DNA of 64,000 nucleotides, taken from NCBI RefSeq assembly GCF_018350175.1, contig NC_058368.1, positions 50,407,815 through 50,471,814 of the forward strand, given 5' to 3'. The notes beneath the pieces are model-generated. The model saw nothing but the letters and a program-made list of their open reading frames with translations, was not told where the DNA came from and did not search any database. Positions 26,286-39,700 of this stretch are shown here, in pieces. How positions within the stretch are numbered: the first letter of the stretch is position 1; each line of letters opens with the position of its first letter. Position numbers and translations under genes: made by a program. The DNA is from Felis catus. Lineage: Eukaryota.

Positions 26286-26926
26286 TTTATTTACTTTCAT
26301 TTATTTACTTATTTTTTGTTTTAAGTTTTTATTTAAATTCTTGTTAGTTAACATATAGTGTAATAGTGGTTTCAGGAGTAGACTTTAGTGGTTCATCACT
26401 TACATACCCCAGTGCTCACTGCAAGTGCTCTCCTTAATACCCATCACACATTTAGCCCATTCCCCACCCACCTCCCCTCCATCACCCCTCAATTTGTTCT
26501 TAATAGTTAAGAGTCTCCATGGGTGCCTGGGTGGCTCAGTCATTTAGGTGTCTGGCTTAGGTCGTGATCTCATGGTTCATGAGTTCAAGACCCTCATTGG
26601 GCTTTTGTGCGGACATCTCAGAGCCTGGAGCCTGCTTTGGATTCTATGTCTCCCTCTCTCTATACCCCTCCCCTGCTCACACACTCTTTCTCAAAAATAA
26701 ATAAACATCAAAAAGTTAAAAAAAAGGTTTGTTTCCCTCTCTCTTTTCCCCCCTTCCCCTATGTTCGTCTATTTTGTTTCTTATTCCACATATGAGTGAC
26801 ATAATATGGTATTTGTATCTGACTTATTTCGCTTAGCATGATACACTCTAGCTCCATCCATATCTTTGCAAATGGCAAGCCATCTTTTTCGATGGCTCAG
26901 TAGTATTCCATATATACATATATATA

Positions 26927-26961
<35 letters not shown>

Positions 26962-28722
26962 ATATATATATAAACATCTGTCATTTCCTGTGTTGTTAAT
27001 TTTTGCCATTCTGACAGGAGTGAGGTGGCATCTCATCATGGTTTTGATTTGTATTTACCTCATGATAAGTGATGTTGGGCGTCTTTTCATGTATCTGTTG
27101 CCCATCTGGATGTCTTCTTTGGAAAAAAACCTATTCATGTCTTCTGTCCACTTCTAAACTGGATTATTTGTTTTTTGGGTGTTGAGTTTGATCAGCTCTT
27201 TATAGATCTTGGATACTAACTCTTTGTCAGATATGTCACTTGTAAATATCTTTTCCCATTCCATAGGCTGTCATTTGGTTTCGTTGATTGTTTTCTTTGC
27301 TGTTCAGAAGATTTTATCTTGATGAAGTCCCAGTAGTTCATTTCTGCTTTTGTTTCCCTTGCTTCTAGAGACATGTCTAGTAAGAAGTTGCTACAGCCAA
27401 TATCAAGGAGGTTGCTACCTGTGTTCTCCTCTAGGATTTTGATAGTTTCCTGTCCCACATTTAGGTCTTTCATCCATTTTGAATTTATTTTTGTCTGTGG
27501 TGTAAGAAAGTGGTCCAGTTTCATTCTTCTGCATGTTGCTGTCCAGTTTTCCCAACCCATTTGTTGAAGAGACTGTCTTTTTTTCTATTGGATATTCTTT
27601 CCTGGTTTGTCAAAGATTAGTTGACCATATAGTTGTGGGTCCATTTCTGGGTTCTCTATTCTGTTCCATTGATATGAGTGTCTGTTTTTGTGGCAGTACA
27701 TACTGTCCTGATGACTACAGCTTTGTAATATTGCTTGAAGTCCAGAATTGTGTTGCCTCCAGCTTTGCTTTTCTTTTTGAAGATTTCTTTGGTTATTCGG
27801 AGTCTTGTGGTTCCATATAAATTTTAGAATTGTTTGTTCTAGCTCTGTGAAAAATGATGGTGGTATTTTGTAGGGGTTGAATTAAATATTTGATTGCTTT
27901 GGGTAGTATAGATATTTTAACAATATTTTTTCTTCCAATCCATGAGCATGGAATGCTTTTCCATTTCTTTGTGTTCTCTTCAGTTGCTTTCATAAGTGTT
28001 CTATAGTTTTCAGAGTACATATATTTTGCCTCTTTGGTTAGGTTTATTCTAGGTATTTTATTGGTTTTGGTGAAATTGTAAATAGGGTAGATTCCTTGAT
28101 TTCTCTTCTGCTTCTTCATTATTGGTGTATAGAAATGCAACATATTTCTGTACATTGATTTTATACTCTGTGACTGAATTCGTGTATCAGTTCTAGCAAT
28201 TTTTTGGTGGAGTTTTTGGGTTTTCTATATAGAGTATCATGTCATCTGAGAATAGTGAAAGTTTGACTTCTTCCTTACCGATTTGGATGCCGTTTATTTC
28301 CTTTTGTTGTGTGCTGAGGCTGAAGACTTCAAGTACTATGTTAAATAACAATGGTGAGAGTGGACTTTCCTGTCTTGTTCCTGACTATAGAGGAGTAGCT
28401 TTCAGTTTTTCTCCATTGAGGATAATATTAATTGTGGGTCTTTTGTATATGGCCTTTATGATGTTGAGGTATGTTCCCTCAATCTCTACTTTGTTGAAGG
28501 TTTTTATCAAGAAAGGCTGTTGTATTTTGTCAAATGCTTTTTCTGCATCTATTCAGAGGATCATATGCTTCTTATCATTTTTTTTATTAATGTGGTGTAT
28601 CACGTTGACTGATTTGTGAATATTGAACCACTCTTGCAAGCCAGGAATAAATCGCACTTGATTGTGGTGAATAATTCTTTTAATTTACTGTTGGATTCAA
28701 TTTGCTAGTATCTTGCTCAGAA
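26286..28722 (-). mobile_element. Carnivore L1, 5'-truncated (about 2.4 kb), frameshifted ORF2
   Basis: Minus-strand ORFs with [41 protein letters not shown]-rich tail on the left. Confidence 0.95.
26520..26726 (+). mobile_element. CAN-SINE nested in L1
   Basis: GGGTGCCTGGGTGGCTCAGTC head and A tail. Confidence 0.9.
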
Positions 28723-28889
28723 CTTTTTGTTTGTTTCAATTTTCTCCATCTCTGATTCTCATTTCAATCCAATCCTCACCATAGGTGGGGTTAACACATG
28801 TTGATATGGGCTCTTAAATATGCCTTTATCTTATAAACTCATTAGTAGTTTTGACTGTATATATGTTTTAATTTGTATTTATTTTAATG

Positions 28890-29110
28890 TTTTTATTACA
28901 GTAAAACCACATAACGTAAAATTTACCTCCTCAATCATTTTTAAGTGTACATTTCAGTATAAGTATATTCACACCATTGTGACACATATCTCCAGAAGTC
29001 TTTTGTCTTGCAAATCTGAAACTTTATACCCTTTAAAACAACTCCCTTTCTCTCCTTACCCCTAGCCCCTGATAATTTCCATTCTTCTTTCTGTTTCCAT
29101 GTTTGGTAAC
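28890..29110 (-). mobile_element. L1MB-type 3' end fragment
   Basis: CATTTTTAAGTGTACA...CTGAAACTTTATACCC. Confidence 0.65.
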
Positions 29111-29252
29111 TTTAGATTTTGTATATGTGTTTGGAATTAACATAAATTATATTGTCCTACAAAGCTTCTTCTATTCCTTTATTCATTTAACATTGTTGGT
29201 AAAATGTGTGTGTCTCTATATAATTGCTTCTAACTGCTATATTTCATATTCA

Positions 29253-29466
29253 AATTTTTTTTTCAACGTTTATTTATTTTTGGGACAGAGAGAGACAGAG
29301 CACGAACGGGGGATGGGCAGAGAGAGAGGGAGACACAGAATCGGAAACAGGCTCCAGGCTCTGAGCCATCAGCCCAGAGCCTGACGCGGGGCTTGAACTC
29401 ACGGACAGCGAGATCGTGACCTGGCTGAAGTCGGACGCTTAACCAACTGTGCCACCCAGGCACCCC
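29253..29466 (-). mobile_element. Young felid CAN-SINE
   Basis: CpG-retaining body; 15-bp TSD TATATTTCATATTCA. Confidence 0.95.
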
Positions 29467-29549
29467 TATATTTCATATTCATAGTTTGCTTGGTATTTCA
29501 GTGTTGAGTCCAGTTAATTTTTTTTCCTGCACTGAGGTATACCAAGGTC

Positions 29550-30440
29550 TCAAACTCTCTGTTACCCCACAATTACCCAATAAACATCCTTAGACATGTC
29601 CTGCTATGGATACCCAGGAATGCGATCATGCCTACATTTGATACTTAATTTTATCAGATTGATCTCCAAAATGACTATACCCAGATTTTATTTTGTTCAG
29701 CAGTGCATAAATGTCCTCTTCCCCCCAAATCTTCACCAAAAATTTGGTGTTACCGGCTTTCTAATTTTTCTAGTTGTAAACAGATATTTCTTTGTACTTT
29801 TAATGACATCTTGGATTACTAATGAATTTGAGTACTACTAGATATTTAGACTTAGCTTTTTGTGAATTGATTATTTGTGGCTTTTGCTCATTTTTAAAAA
29901 TGAGCTTATTGTTTTTTTTATTGTTTTTTATCAGAATTCTTTGTATAACTTAGATATCAACTTTATGGTTGATTTTAGGCTTTTAAGATATCCTCTTTCT
30001 GGCTACTGTTTTTCTGCTTACTCTGTCTGTGGGATCCTTCATTAAACAGGAAACCTTATTTTTTATTTATGCAATATGTATCACTTGGCTTTCTGTATTG
30101 TGCTTTTGGAATCTCTGTGTTTAAGCAATCTTTCCAATGTTTAATTCACAAAGATATTCTCTTATATTTTTCTTCAGTTACATTTGTATTTATGTCTTCA
30201 CATTAGGTCTGTATTCCATTTGTTTTCCATCTTTGTATGGAGTGTGCAATAAGGAAACAACCTTGTTTCCCTTCATAGAATGAGCAACTTTTCCTAATAT
30301 AGCCTACCAAATTATCATCATTTCCCCTCATTGTGTTGAGGTGCCATCACTACTATATTTGAATTCCTCCTGGGCCTAGTTCTGGACTTCATATTCTCTT
30401 CTACTTTTTGTCTTCTATTTGCCTATTGTTGTGGCAGCAT
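29550..30440 (-). mobile_element. Old L1ME-type relic
   Basis: Diverged antisense ORF2-like T-rich sequence. Confidence 0.5.
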
Positions 30441-32364
30441 CACACTTATGAGAAATGCTGTGGCTCTGGTCCTCATGAGTAAATTGGGGGAAGGAGCCAA
30501 CAGACAATTCTTGGTCACCATCTTGTCAGGAACACAGCATGCTTTTCTTAAGGCTCTAGACAGGCACTATAGGCAAGAGGAAAGTCAAAAATAAAAGATA
30601 TTATGAGAAGAGAGTGGCAATTCTTAGTGACTTATAATAATCCAGGCTTGAGATTCATAAGTGGGGTTAACTTTCTTTTGATGACAAAAAAATACTTTTC
30701 TTGAGGTAGATCTCTGACTTAGTAAATTAAGCTCTTCTTGGATAGATACAGTTTACTCACAGTGTCTCTCACGTCTATAATGTCATTTCTATTCCTACCA
30801 TTATAGCACTGGTTCTCACCCCTAGGACCCATAACTTGATCTTATAATAGCCACTTACACACCTCTTGGCCCAATTTTACCCTCTAAACTATTATTAGAT
30901 TGATTTGCAACAAATGTTGGATGGTATGGGATATATTCACTGGATCTCCATGGACTACTATGTACAATCCCAGTTCCTACACCAGCATTCAAATGCCATA
31001 TGGCCTTAATCAATTCTTCCAATCTCATTTCTCACTGCCTGTGTATATCTATTAGTCTTCATATAAGTGATACTCCTTGCTGTTCTCTAATTATGTTGTG
31101 TGGCTTCCCATCTCTGGGTTTTAAACATCATAGAATTTTAGAATTTAAAGCAAACTTGGAGATCCTCTAGTTTAACCCTCATTATACAGAAAGGGACTGT
31201 TAGTCCCCTGTGATTTTTAGTAGGTGAAGGGCTTGCACCCACACATGCATCCCAGACTCCCAGTCCGTGCTATTTCCACTACGTTAAATCTGCCTTGCTC
31301 ATGCCCTTTCTTCTGCCTCTGATGCTTTCCCCAACAACCCCTCCCTCCCTCATCTCCTGTCAAAACTCTGCCCTTCCTGAAGGGACTGGATGTTACTTCT
31401 CCATCAAAACTTTCCCTGATCTTAATTAAAGTGAACTCTTCCTTCTCCGATTTAATATGAAACTCTGCCCCTGTCTTCATGAGCTTATACTCAGCCCTGT
31501 ACTGTGGTATGTGTGTCATGCCGTCTCCCTCCTCCTAAAATCTGTGTGTTTTGCAAGAAGGAGCTATGCCATCCTTTTGCTGCTTATCACATTGAAATCA
31601 CTCAAATAATATTTGAGTGAAGGCACAGAAGTGACTGAATAATGAGTCACTCAAGAGTGATTGACAGCCTGTCTTTCCCAAGTATATGTATGCTGGGGTG
31701 AAAGGGAGAGGCCTGGAATAATTTATCTTTTTTCTTTAGCCCAAAATAAACATCTTGAAAGTTTAGCCATAGGTTTCCACTTGCGTTAATTGACAACTAA
31801 CCTTGCATCATCATAAAATGAGAGTGGCAACAGCTCATTGTCTTTTTTCCAAATGTTAAACTAATCATACAGCTATTAGAGGAATCATCAGAAAGAACCT
31901 ATTGAGAATCAGAAAAGCTGAAGAGTCATTTGATATTTCTTCATTTTCTTGCTCCCCCCCCCGCCGCCCAAATCAGTGTCTGTGGATGGGTGATGTCAAG
32001 GTGTGTTGATGTGAGTGTCAGGTATTAGAGTGCTAAGTGGGGGAAATGATTTTGGAAAAAAAAAATTTGATTATTAGGTTTATTAAAGAAAAAAACAGAT
32101 TGTATGGTAGTGAATATTAGAAGATTCTAGATAGAATAGAAAGCAAAAGTAGTTAAAAGACATTTATAGAACTCTAAGTAAAACTGCCACAAAATGAAGA
32201 CGTATTCTCTATGTATGATGTGCTGGCTGGAGGGCCAGCAGGATGCTTAAGGCTGGTCCTGAAGCAGCAACAGCTAGCACTAGTTTTTAAGGGAAAAACA
32301 ATTATTTTTGGGTGTATTCTAGGCTCCGGTCTTTCTGGGGGAAAAACACTGGATGAATTAGTTA

Positions 32365-32431
32365 CTTTTTTCCTCAAGTTAGTTAACATACAGTGTAGTC
32401 TTGGCTTCAGGAGTGGAACCCAGTGATTCCA
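32365..32431 (-). mobile_element. 67-bp felid L1 3' terminus
   Basis: CAAGTTAGTTAACATACAGTGTAGTCTTGGCTTCAGGAG; perfect 13-bp TSD GATGAATTAGTTA at 32352-32364 and 32432-32444. Confidence 0.85.
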
Positions 32432-32984
32432 GATGAATTAGTTATTAAGGAGAGATACATTCAGTAACTTAAGAATTTTAACTTGTTAGAATTTGGGGAA
32501 TGGGTAAAATGTGAATCACTCTCTTCCTGACTTATAGGAGGTTGCCACAACGTGAATCAGGACAGAAAACACTATAGCAGGTTTGGTTTCTTTGAATGTT
32601 TCTTTTTTCTTATTGGGTGAAATGCCATTGAGTTAATAATGGATTTGTTTTGCTGATGTTTAGGAAAAAAGATAACAAATTTCAGTGAATCAGTATAACT
32701 TTCACGTGCTGCCTTGGCCAAAACTCAGTACATTTAATGGCAGTGCCACTGTTGTTGTTTGTTGTACTGTTGCATCTTTGAAAAAGAAAAACATAATACA
32801 TTTCTAGATATGTTTTCTACTCAGAATCAAATACTGTTGTTATATCTACTTAGTGGAGAAAACGTAACCTTAAAAAAAAGTTACATCCAGATTTTCTAAA
32901 AGAAACCAATTAAAATCACATTTCAAGGCTAAGAGTTTACTTTATGGAATTAGTGAGATCTTGGATGAACTCCTAATTCAGTAT

Positions 32985-33160
32985 CTATTCTGCTTGAAGT
33001 CAAGAAGGTCTCTCTTAATCACTCTAAGATTGTTTACTCATCTATAAAATGGACACTGTATGGGGTTCTTATAAGGATTAAATGTGATATATAATACAAA
33101 GCATTCAGTATGGTGTCTGCAAAATGCTAAATTCTTAATAAATGGTACGTACTGTTAGCA
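32985..33160 (+). mobile_element. MIR
   Basis: CTCATCTATAAAATGG...AAGGATTAAATG core. Confidence 0.65.
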
Positions 33161-33409
33161 GTGGTACCATTAAATCATCATTGTTGTCATCCACAGGATT
33201 ACAGTAGTCAAAGCTTAGGACAGACAAAAATTAAGGTGATTCATGTTGATGCCCTGTCTAGACATAATTGGTTCCAGCAATCACTGAGATTATGCATGGA
33301 TGATCCACCCATTTTAATGTCCAAATCATACAGATTTGTGCACAATTAAATTTCTTCTAAAAATATAATCAAGTTTTAGCTGTAAATAATAAAGTATCCA
33401 GCAGCTACT

Positions 33410-33655
33410 TTTAGAAATGCAAATCTGATTTTGTTTCCTCTCCTGTTTTAAAGCCCTCCAATGACTTCCAGTGTACTTTGAATAAATTCAGACACTTTAA
33501 AATACCTTTAAAGGCTCTACAGGGATCTGGCTCCTGCCTCATTTCCTTCCCTTTTTCCCTTTTCCCTCGCTCACTCTATTTACCCAATACACTTGCCTTT
33601 TGTTTGTAGGAGATCAATAAATATTTAATGAATTAATAAATAAATGTGTAAATGA
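33410..33655. mobile_element. L2 relic
   Basis: AAAGCCCTCCAATGACTTCC...GATCTGGCTCCTGCC and TCAATAAATATT...GAAT terminus. Confidence 0.55.
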
Positions 33656-33781
33656 AATCTGCTGAGATTTGCTCAGTTCATTTGTACCCTAATTTGTACC
33701 TTAACCTTAAAAGACCTTACCCCTTATATTAAGAAAACCAAAGTTATTATTTATAGGTAGTATTTATTTTTCTCTTCTATA

Positions 33782-33925
33782 CATTTGACCCTTCAGACAT
33801 GGGTTTGAACTGCTTATATGTAGATTTTTTACAGTATAGTACTGTAAAAATATTTTCCTTATGATTTTCTTAACATTTTCTTTTTTTAGTTTTTTTTATT
33901 GTAAGAATACAGTATATAATATATA

Positions 33926-33971
<46 letters not shown>

Positions 33972-34131
33972 ACATACAAAATGCGTGTCAATTGACTATT
34001 TGTTATCAGTAAGGCTTCTGGTCAACAGTAGGCTATTAGAAGTTGTTTTTGGGGGTGTCAGAAATTATATATGGTATTTTGACTATGGGGGGTTAGGGCC
34101 TCTAACCTCCACATTGTTCAAGGGCCAACTG
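33782..34131. mobile_element. Tigger2-derived non-autonomous element with internal (TA)n
   Basis: TIRs CATTTGACCCTT / TTCAAGGGCCAACTG with TA flanks. Confidence 0.85.
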
Positions 34132-34557
34132 TATTTTCTACTTACAAATTTATTTTAATATGCAAATTAATTGTAAAATTATTGTAGGAAAAGACCTGTT
34201 TTGTACACACTTCTGCATGTACCTAAATATCTAAGAAGTTGATCATGAAGCCTTTTCTAAGGTCAAAGTTGTTATGCATGCAGGCCTGGGGATAGGTTCT
34301 AACAGCATGTTTTATAAAGCTAATCTCACAATAGTTTGATAATTCAAGGCACAGTGTCTATTTGTATTCTTCTCTTCTAAAATACTAGAGATTTACACTG
34401 CATATAGTTTGGAGCATAGCAGCAGAATATGTATTTCCATAAATTGGTCCACTTGAGGGACTTTAGAACTTACTTTCTTACCTTTTCTATATTGCTGGTT
34501 TCAGAGGGTCAAAAGATTCAGAGTTCAAAACACTGATCTCCTGGGAGCTATGGATTT

Positions 34558-34593
34558 GTTACCATGGCAACAAGCACACTAAATCAGTAAACA
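34558..34593. promoter_or_regulatory. RFX X-box plus forkhead site
   Basis: GTTACCATGGCAAC (34558-34571) and GTAAACA (34587-34593) in non-repeat DNA. Confidence 0.6.
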
Positions 34594-35125
34594 AGGACAG
34601 AAGGAAAGATTGTCTCTTGTTTCCAAGCGAGAAAGGTATCAACAAAACTCAAGTCTTTCAAAGCGGATCTATAATTCTATTGCAAAGGTGACTAACAGTT
34701 GTGAGTTTCATAATTTCTGACATTTTTTTCCTGACCTAAAAATTGAAACAGTTAGATGATAGAATATTAGTTTTGAGGAAGATGATTATTTAACTGCTGT
34801 AAATTGCAATACTATCTATTCATACCAGTTTCTAACCTTTAATATACAAATTATTCAAGGTCAGAGTAAGTATGAGTGAAGGTTAATTACTTTTCATCTA
34901 TGTAGGTTGAAGCATAGGAAATGGAAGAGACATTTAAATTAACAAATAGAAAGGTCAGAGTATCTTTAGAAAGGTTTTTGCATTTGAGTAGTCAGTGAAT
35001 AAATCTCAGAAGTATGATCACCTGGATGAAGAATCTTTACCTCCTGGAAACTAGAAGCAAAGCAGCAAGGAGTTGTGAATTCTGCCTATCTGTTCATTAA
35101 GACGCCTCCTGCTGAGGGCCACTGA

Positions 35126-35313
35126 GGGGCTGAGCCTGAGTGGCTCAGTTTAGTGACTTCCTGGTTCATAGGTTCAAACACTGCATCAGGCTCTGTGCTA
35201 ATAGCTCAGAGCTTGGAGCCTGCTTAAGATTCTGTCTCCCCCTCTCTCTGCCCATCCCCCACTGGTGCTATATCTCTGTCTTCAAAAATAAATAAAACAC
35301 TTAAAAAAAAAAA
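35126..35313 (+). mobile_element. CAN-SINE, diverged
   Basis: Core TCAGGCTCTGTGCT...GAGCCTGCTT and A tail. Confidence 0.85.
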
Positions 35314-35779
35314 GCCCCTTGCTGATGTTGGGATTGGACTGCCTCACAAGTACACAGGAAACCTGAACTATCCAAGCAGAGCTGAGGCATGTGACAGGGA
35401 GGAGACTGGAATAACTGTTGGCATTAGAGCTCAGAGGAGCACTTAGTGCATTGCACGGTAATGTACGGTTTACATTTTGCTGCCTCAGTCTAGACTGTGA
35501 GGTCCATATGGGAGGAGACTGGATATTGTTGTCTTTTTAATAGTAAACGCCCAGTCACAGTGCCTAGTATTTTGAAGTGGCCAAAAATATCTTGTGGAAT
35601 AGATGGGAAAAAAATGACTGAAAAAATAAATTCTATCCTGGATTCAGCATTCTGTCCACTTCTGCCCAGTCTTCTATCTTTGATGATAACACCAAAGGGC
35701 AAGGTATGAAAGTATATGGATTTGTCTTTAATGAGTCAAACTAGTTTAGAATGGTTTATAAAAATATTTTGTTTTTCTT

Positions 35780-35903
35780 GTGAGCCTGGGTGGCTCAGTC
35801 GGTTAAGAGTCTGACTTCAGCTTGGTCATGATCTTCTGGTTTGTGGGTTTGAGTCCTGTGTCTGGCTCTGTGCTGACAGCTTGGAGCCTGGAGCCTGCTT
35901 TAG

Positions 35904-35960
<57 letters not shown>

Positions 35961-36051
35961 CTCTTTTTGTCCCTCTCTCTCTCCCCCTCCCTCACTTGTG
36001 CTTTGTCTCTCTCCCTCAAAAATAAATAAACATTAAAAAAAATAAAAAAAA
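35780..36051 (+). mobile_element. CAN-SINE with expanded (CT)n
   Basis: Head, (CT)n at about 35907-35955, tail. Confidence 0.9.
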
Positions 36052-36127
36052 TACTTTGATTTTCTGAACACTTTTTCTCTAAATTTGACATGCATCAGTT
36101 AGGCTGATAATTCTCTTAGGTGACAGT

Positions 36128-36615
36128 TGTCAAAGAAAACTTGCACCTGATGGAGTTAAACAGGCAGGGAATACTTAATTCAAGACTTTTGCAATAAGGG
36201 AGAGAAATTGATACTAACTCTCTTGAAACAAAAGACAAGAGAGTTAAACACCTTTGTGAGCTAATGGAAAAGCAGGAGAATGTTAGGTGACTGGTTGGTC
36301 AGTGTGATCAGGCCATCTGTGTTTGCTAATTGACACTTACTGTACCACAGAAACTAGCATAGAAGGGCTTTATGTTTTCTGATGATTACATTTCAAAGGG
36401 ATCCCTCCCAAGTCCTTGGGAAAGGCAGTGCTAGGTTGTAAGACTGGCATGAAGCTGGGAGAAGCTTTACATCTTAAAGGGGCAGAAAAAGGATTTAAAA
36501 TTGCGTGTTTTTAAAGTAAAAGCTTTAAGCAAAGGGTGGTCAGGGGCCTGTTGTCAGGAAGAAAACCCTCAAAAGTTTTGTCAAGATGAGTGGAACATTT
36601 ATACCATTTTGGCCA
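36128..36615 (-). mobile_element. MER31-like ERV1 solo LTR
   Basis: TGTCAAAGAAAA...GGCCATCTGTGTTTGCTAATTG...GATTACATTTCAAAGGGAT...CA; resembles recalled consensus. Confidence 0.7.
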
Positions 36616-38069
36616 ACTGTACATTATAATTTAGTGGAAAAAATTTAACCACATATCAAAAATTTTATTCATCTTGATTTTACTATTTTTAAATTTTGAG
36701 GGATTTTCAAAAATAATAGTACACCAAAATTTGTTATATGGACTTGAATTCACTTAACATATAATCTCTTGAATTTTTATAGATTAAGCTTTGTCTTTAC
36801 AATCTTAATTTATTTAGTTTTTTTTCTTTTTTGAAGAATCTCATCTTCCTTCTGAAGGCAAAAACTTGATCATTATAATTGCTTTTAATTATAACTTCTT
36901 TAGCTTTGGTGTGCTTTTTTATGAGAAGGAACAGCCAGAATGATACTCAAAATCCCAAGTATGATTGCAGCAAAGTTCCATTCACAGATTTGAATAATTT
37001 GTTATGTGTTAATCCAACTTCTCTATATTTGAGCCATTGCCTAACGTGCTGTGGGAAGAAAGAAGTGAGAATCTGTTACTCCTGAGGATCTTTCCGTTTG
37101 CCAGAGGGTATAGAAAATGTTCTCTAGTATCCATGTAGTAAGTGTAATAAAAGACATAGGAAATTACTGTGTATGTATACTTGTCTGAGGGAGATACCAC
37201 TTTTGACATGATTTTGTAAAGAAGATGATATTTCAATGGGAGCTGAAAAGATCAACATGTTTGTTTGGGGAAGACACTTATTCCAGATGAAGCATATGTT
37301 TGGGGCTGAGGTGTAGAGGAAGGAAAGTGAAAGTGTGTTGGATATTTGCTGAGTTTGCAAGAAGAAAAATAAATTTATTTAAACTCTTAGTTATGTTTCT
37401 TGAGCTATAAGAGGTTGGGATGTTATATCACTGAAAGTATATTCTATTACTCCATCAGCCCTACAGGCAGGTCTCAAACCCGTCTTTGCTTTTCCTTGCA
37501 AGGTGCAATTGAGCTCATCTCAGTTTACTCAATTTCTCTTTTCTTCTCCATTCTATATGTCTCCTACCATGGTTCCACTGGTCTTTGATTGATTTATTCT
37601 GCCAGATTGATGGTCCTTTTTTCTCTCATTCTTTTATCAGGCTTGGATTGGTTCACCCAGAAGCAGAGGGATTTAGAGTAGGAGATGGAGTTGGGGTGGG
37701 AAGGGTCATTTCAGGTCAAGTAAATAGGAGATTGGGGTGAAGAAAAGAAGCACGTTATAATTTCAGCCTCAGAATGAAGAGCCTACAGCCTTAAATTCTT
37801 TCTGCTGCTAAGATTGGCAATCTCTAATGGTATAACATCTAGAATTCCAGATTATTGTAAGGTAAATGAATCTCTCTTTGCTTTTCTGCCCCTACTTTGA
37901 CTTTCTAAGTTTAGTTTGGGACATAATTCCATAAAGGGTTGGTGATATGTCCCACCTCAAGATGAGGGTGCATGTGTAGGAGGAGTCAAAGGCTGGAGAA
38001 GGAAAACCCTATATGGCATTAGTGCAGTGTCCAACTGAGAATGGAGGTTAACACCAGCTGGTGGAGATC

Positions 38070-38795
38070 TGTGGCAGATTGTATTTTTCCAAAATGACAA
38101 CAACCATATTTGTGGTGCTCATGCTTCCAGAACTTTGCCATTCCCCACCAAGAGGTAGATTCTATTTCTTTTTGGACTTGAGTGGGCTTGAAACTATTCC
38201 AGCCAATGGAAAACTGTGCAAGTGATGCTATGTGATTTCTGAGACTAGTTCATAAAAAAAATAGAGCTCTGGCATGCTTGGATGGCTCTGTTGGTTGAAC
38301 ATCTGACTTTGACTCAGGTCATGATCTCATGGGTCATGAGTTTGAGCCCCACAATGGCATCAGGCTCAGTGGTCTCAGTGCAGAGCCCGCTTCAGATCCT
38401 CTGTCCCTCTCTCTCTGCCTGCCCCTTCCCTGCTCATGCTCTCTCTCTCAATAATAAATTAAACGTTAAAAAAAAAGAAAAAAGAAAAGAGTTTCTGCTT
38501 GTCTCTTTTGCTTGTGACTCTTGCCCTTGGAATTCATCCATCAACCTGTGATGAAACCCAAACTAGTCCATGCAAAGACCCAATGAAAAGGTCAACTTAA
38601 GGAGGTGGTTAGCACCAATTGCTAAACCTGTGACTGACTGAGCTTCAAATGAATCCAGTTCACAACTTTGAAATCTTCCAGATTAGGCACTCAATGTTGT
38701 GGAGCAGAGATAAGATATTCCTGTTATGCCTTGTTCAGATTCCTAACCCAGTTATTTAATGACACTAAGTTTTGGGGTAAGTTGTTATGTACACA
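38070..38795 (+). mobile_element. MLT1 (MaLR) LTR interrupted by a SINE
   Basis: TGTGGCAGATTG...AAAATG start; CACTAAGTTTTGGGGT...TTGTTATG end. Confidence 0.75.
38271..38489 (+). mobile_element. CAN-SINE
   Basis: CTCAGGTCATGATCTCA core and A tail. Confidence 0.85.
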
Positions 38796-38799
38796 AACC

Positions 38800-39700
38800 A
38801 GGTCTATGAATGACAGGTGGAGTCTGATCTTTATTTGAACTATTGAAACTTTTTGGTGAAGGAAACATAATCTGAGCTATGTTGAAGGATGTCAACTTTG
38901 ATAACAAGACAGCAGAGGTATTGAAGGGGAAGGAAGGGGGAAGAGACCATGTTAATAAGGATCTAGGGTTCAATCATGGCAGCAGAAGTAAATAGGAAAA
39001 GGTGGATGCGAATAGCACTGTGAAAAACAAACCCACTATATTTGAGTGCTGCTTGGCCATAACAAAAAAGATTTATGGAAAGGGAAAAGTCAAAGAGAAT
39101 TGAAAAAAAAATTGAGAATTTTTAGGAGCTGATGTAGTTGGGGTAAAATACCTTGTTTGAGAACACTGAGTTGAATATGTCAGTGCAGCATCCAAGAAGG
39201 ATTCAGCAGCTGCTGCAGATACATAGTTTTCGATGGCATACTTTTCACTGAGCCAATAAATGAAAATTATAGGAATCCATGAAGAGAGTATTGAAAGGAA
39301 GATCAATGGATAAAGATGAGGGGGCACTGGCAATTAAGGGACGAGAGCATGAAAGGAATGGGAAGAATAGTTGGAGAAAAAAACAACAACAAAAAACACC
39401 CCTCAAAAATTTAGAAGGATCCAGTGAAAGGCAATATTTCATGATGTCAAGGAAGCAGATTTTTTTTCATGAAAAGCTAGTTTGTCAATAATGCGTAGGA
39501 TGACAATGAGGACTTAGAAAACAACTGAATTTTATGATTAGAAGTTGACTTTATGGAGAGTAGCCTCAGGTGAGAATGAGACAAAAACCAATTTTCACAG
39601 GAAGTGGGTGGCAGGGATGGAACTTGAAGCAGGAGGAATATACCTAGTGAAATTTCTTAGTGAAATAAAGAAGAGAGGAAAATGATTGCTCAAAGATTGG
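38800..39700. mobile_element. L2 relic
   Basis: Purine-rich degenerate L2-like sequence; boundaries uncertain. Confidence 0.4.
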
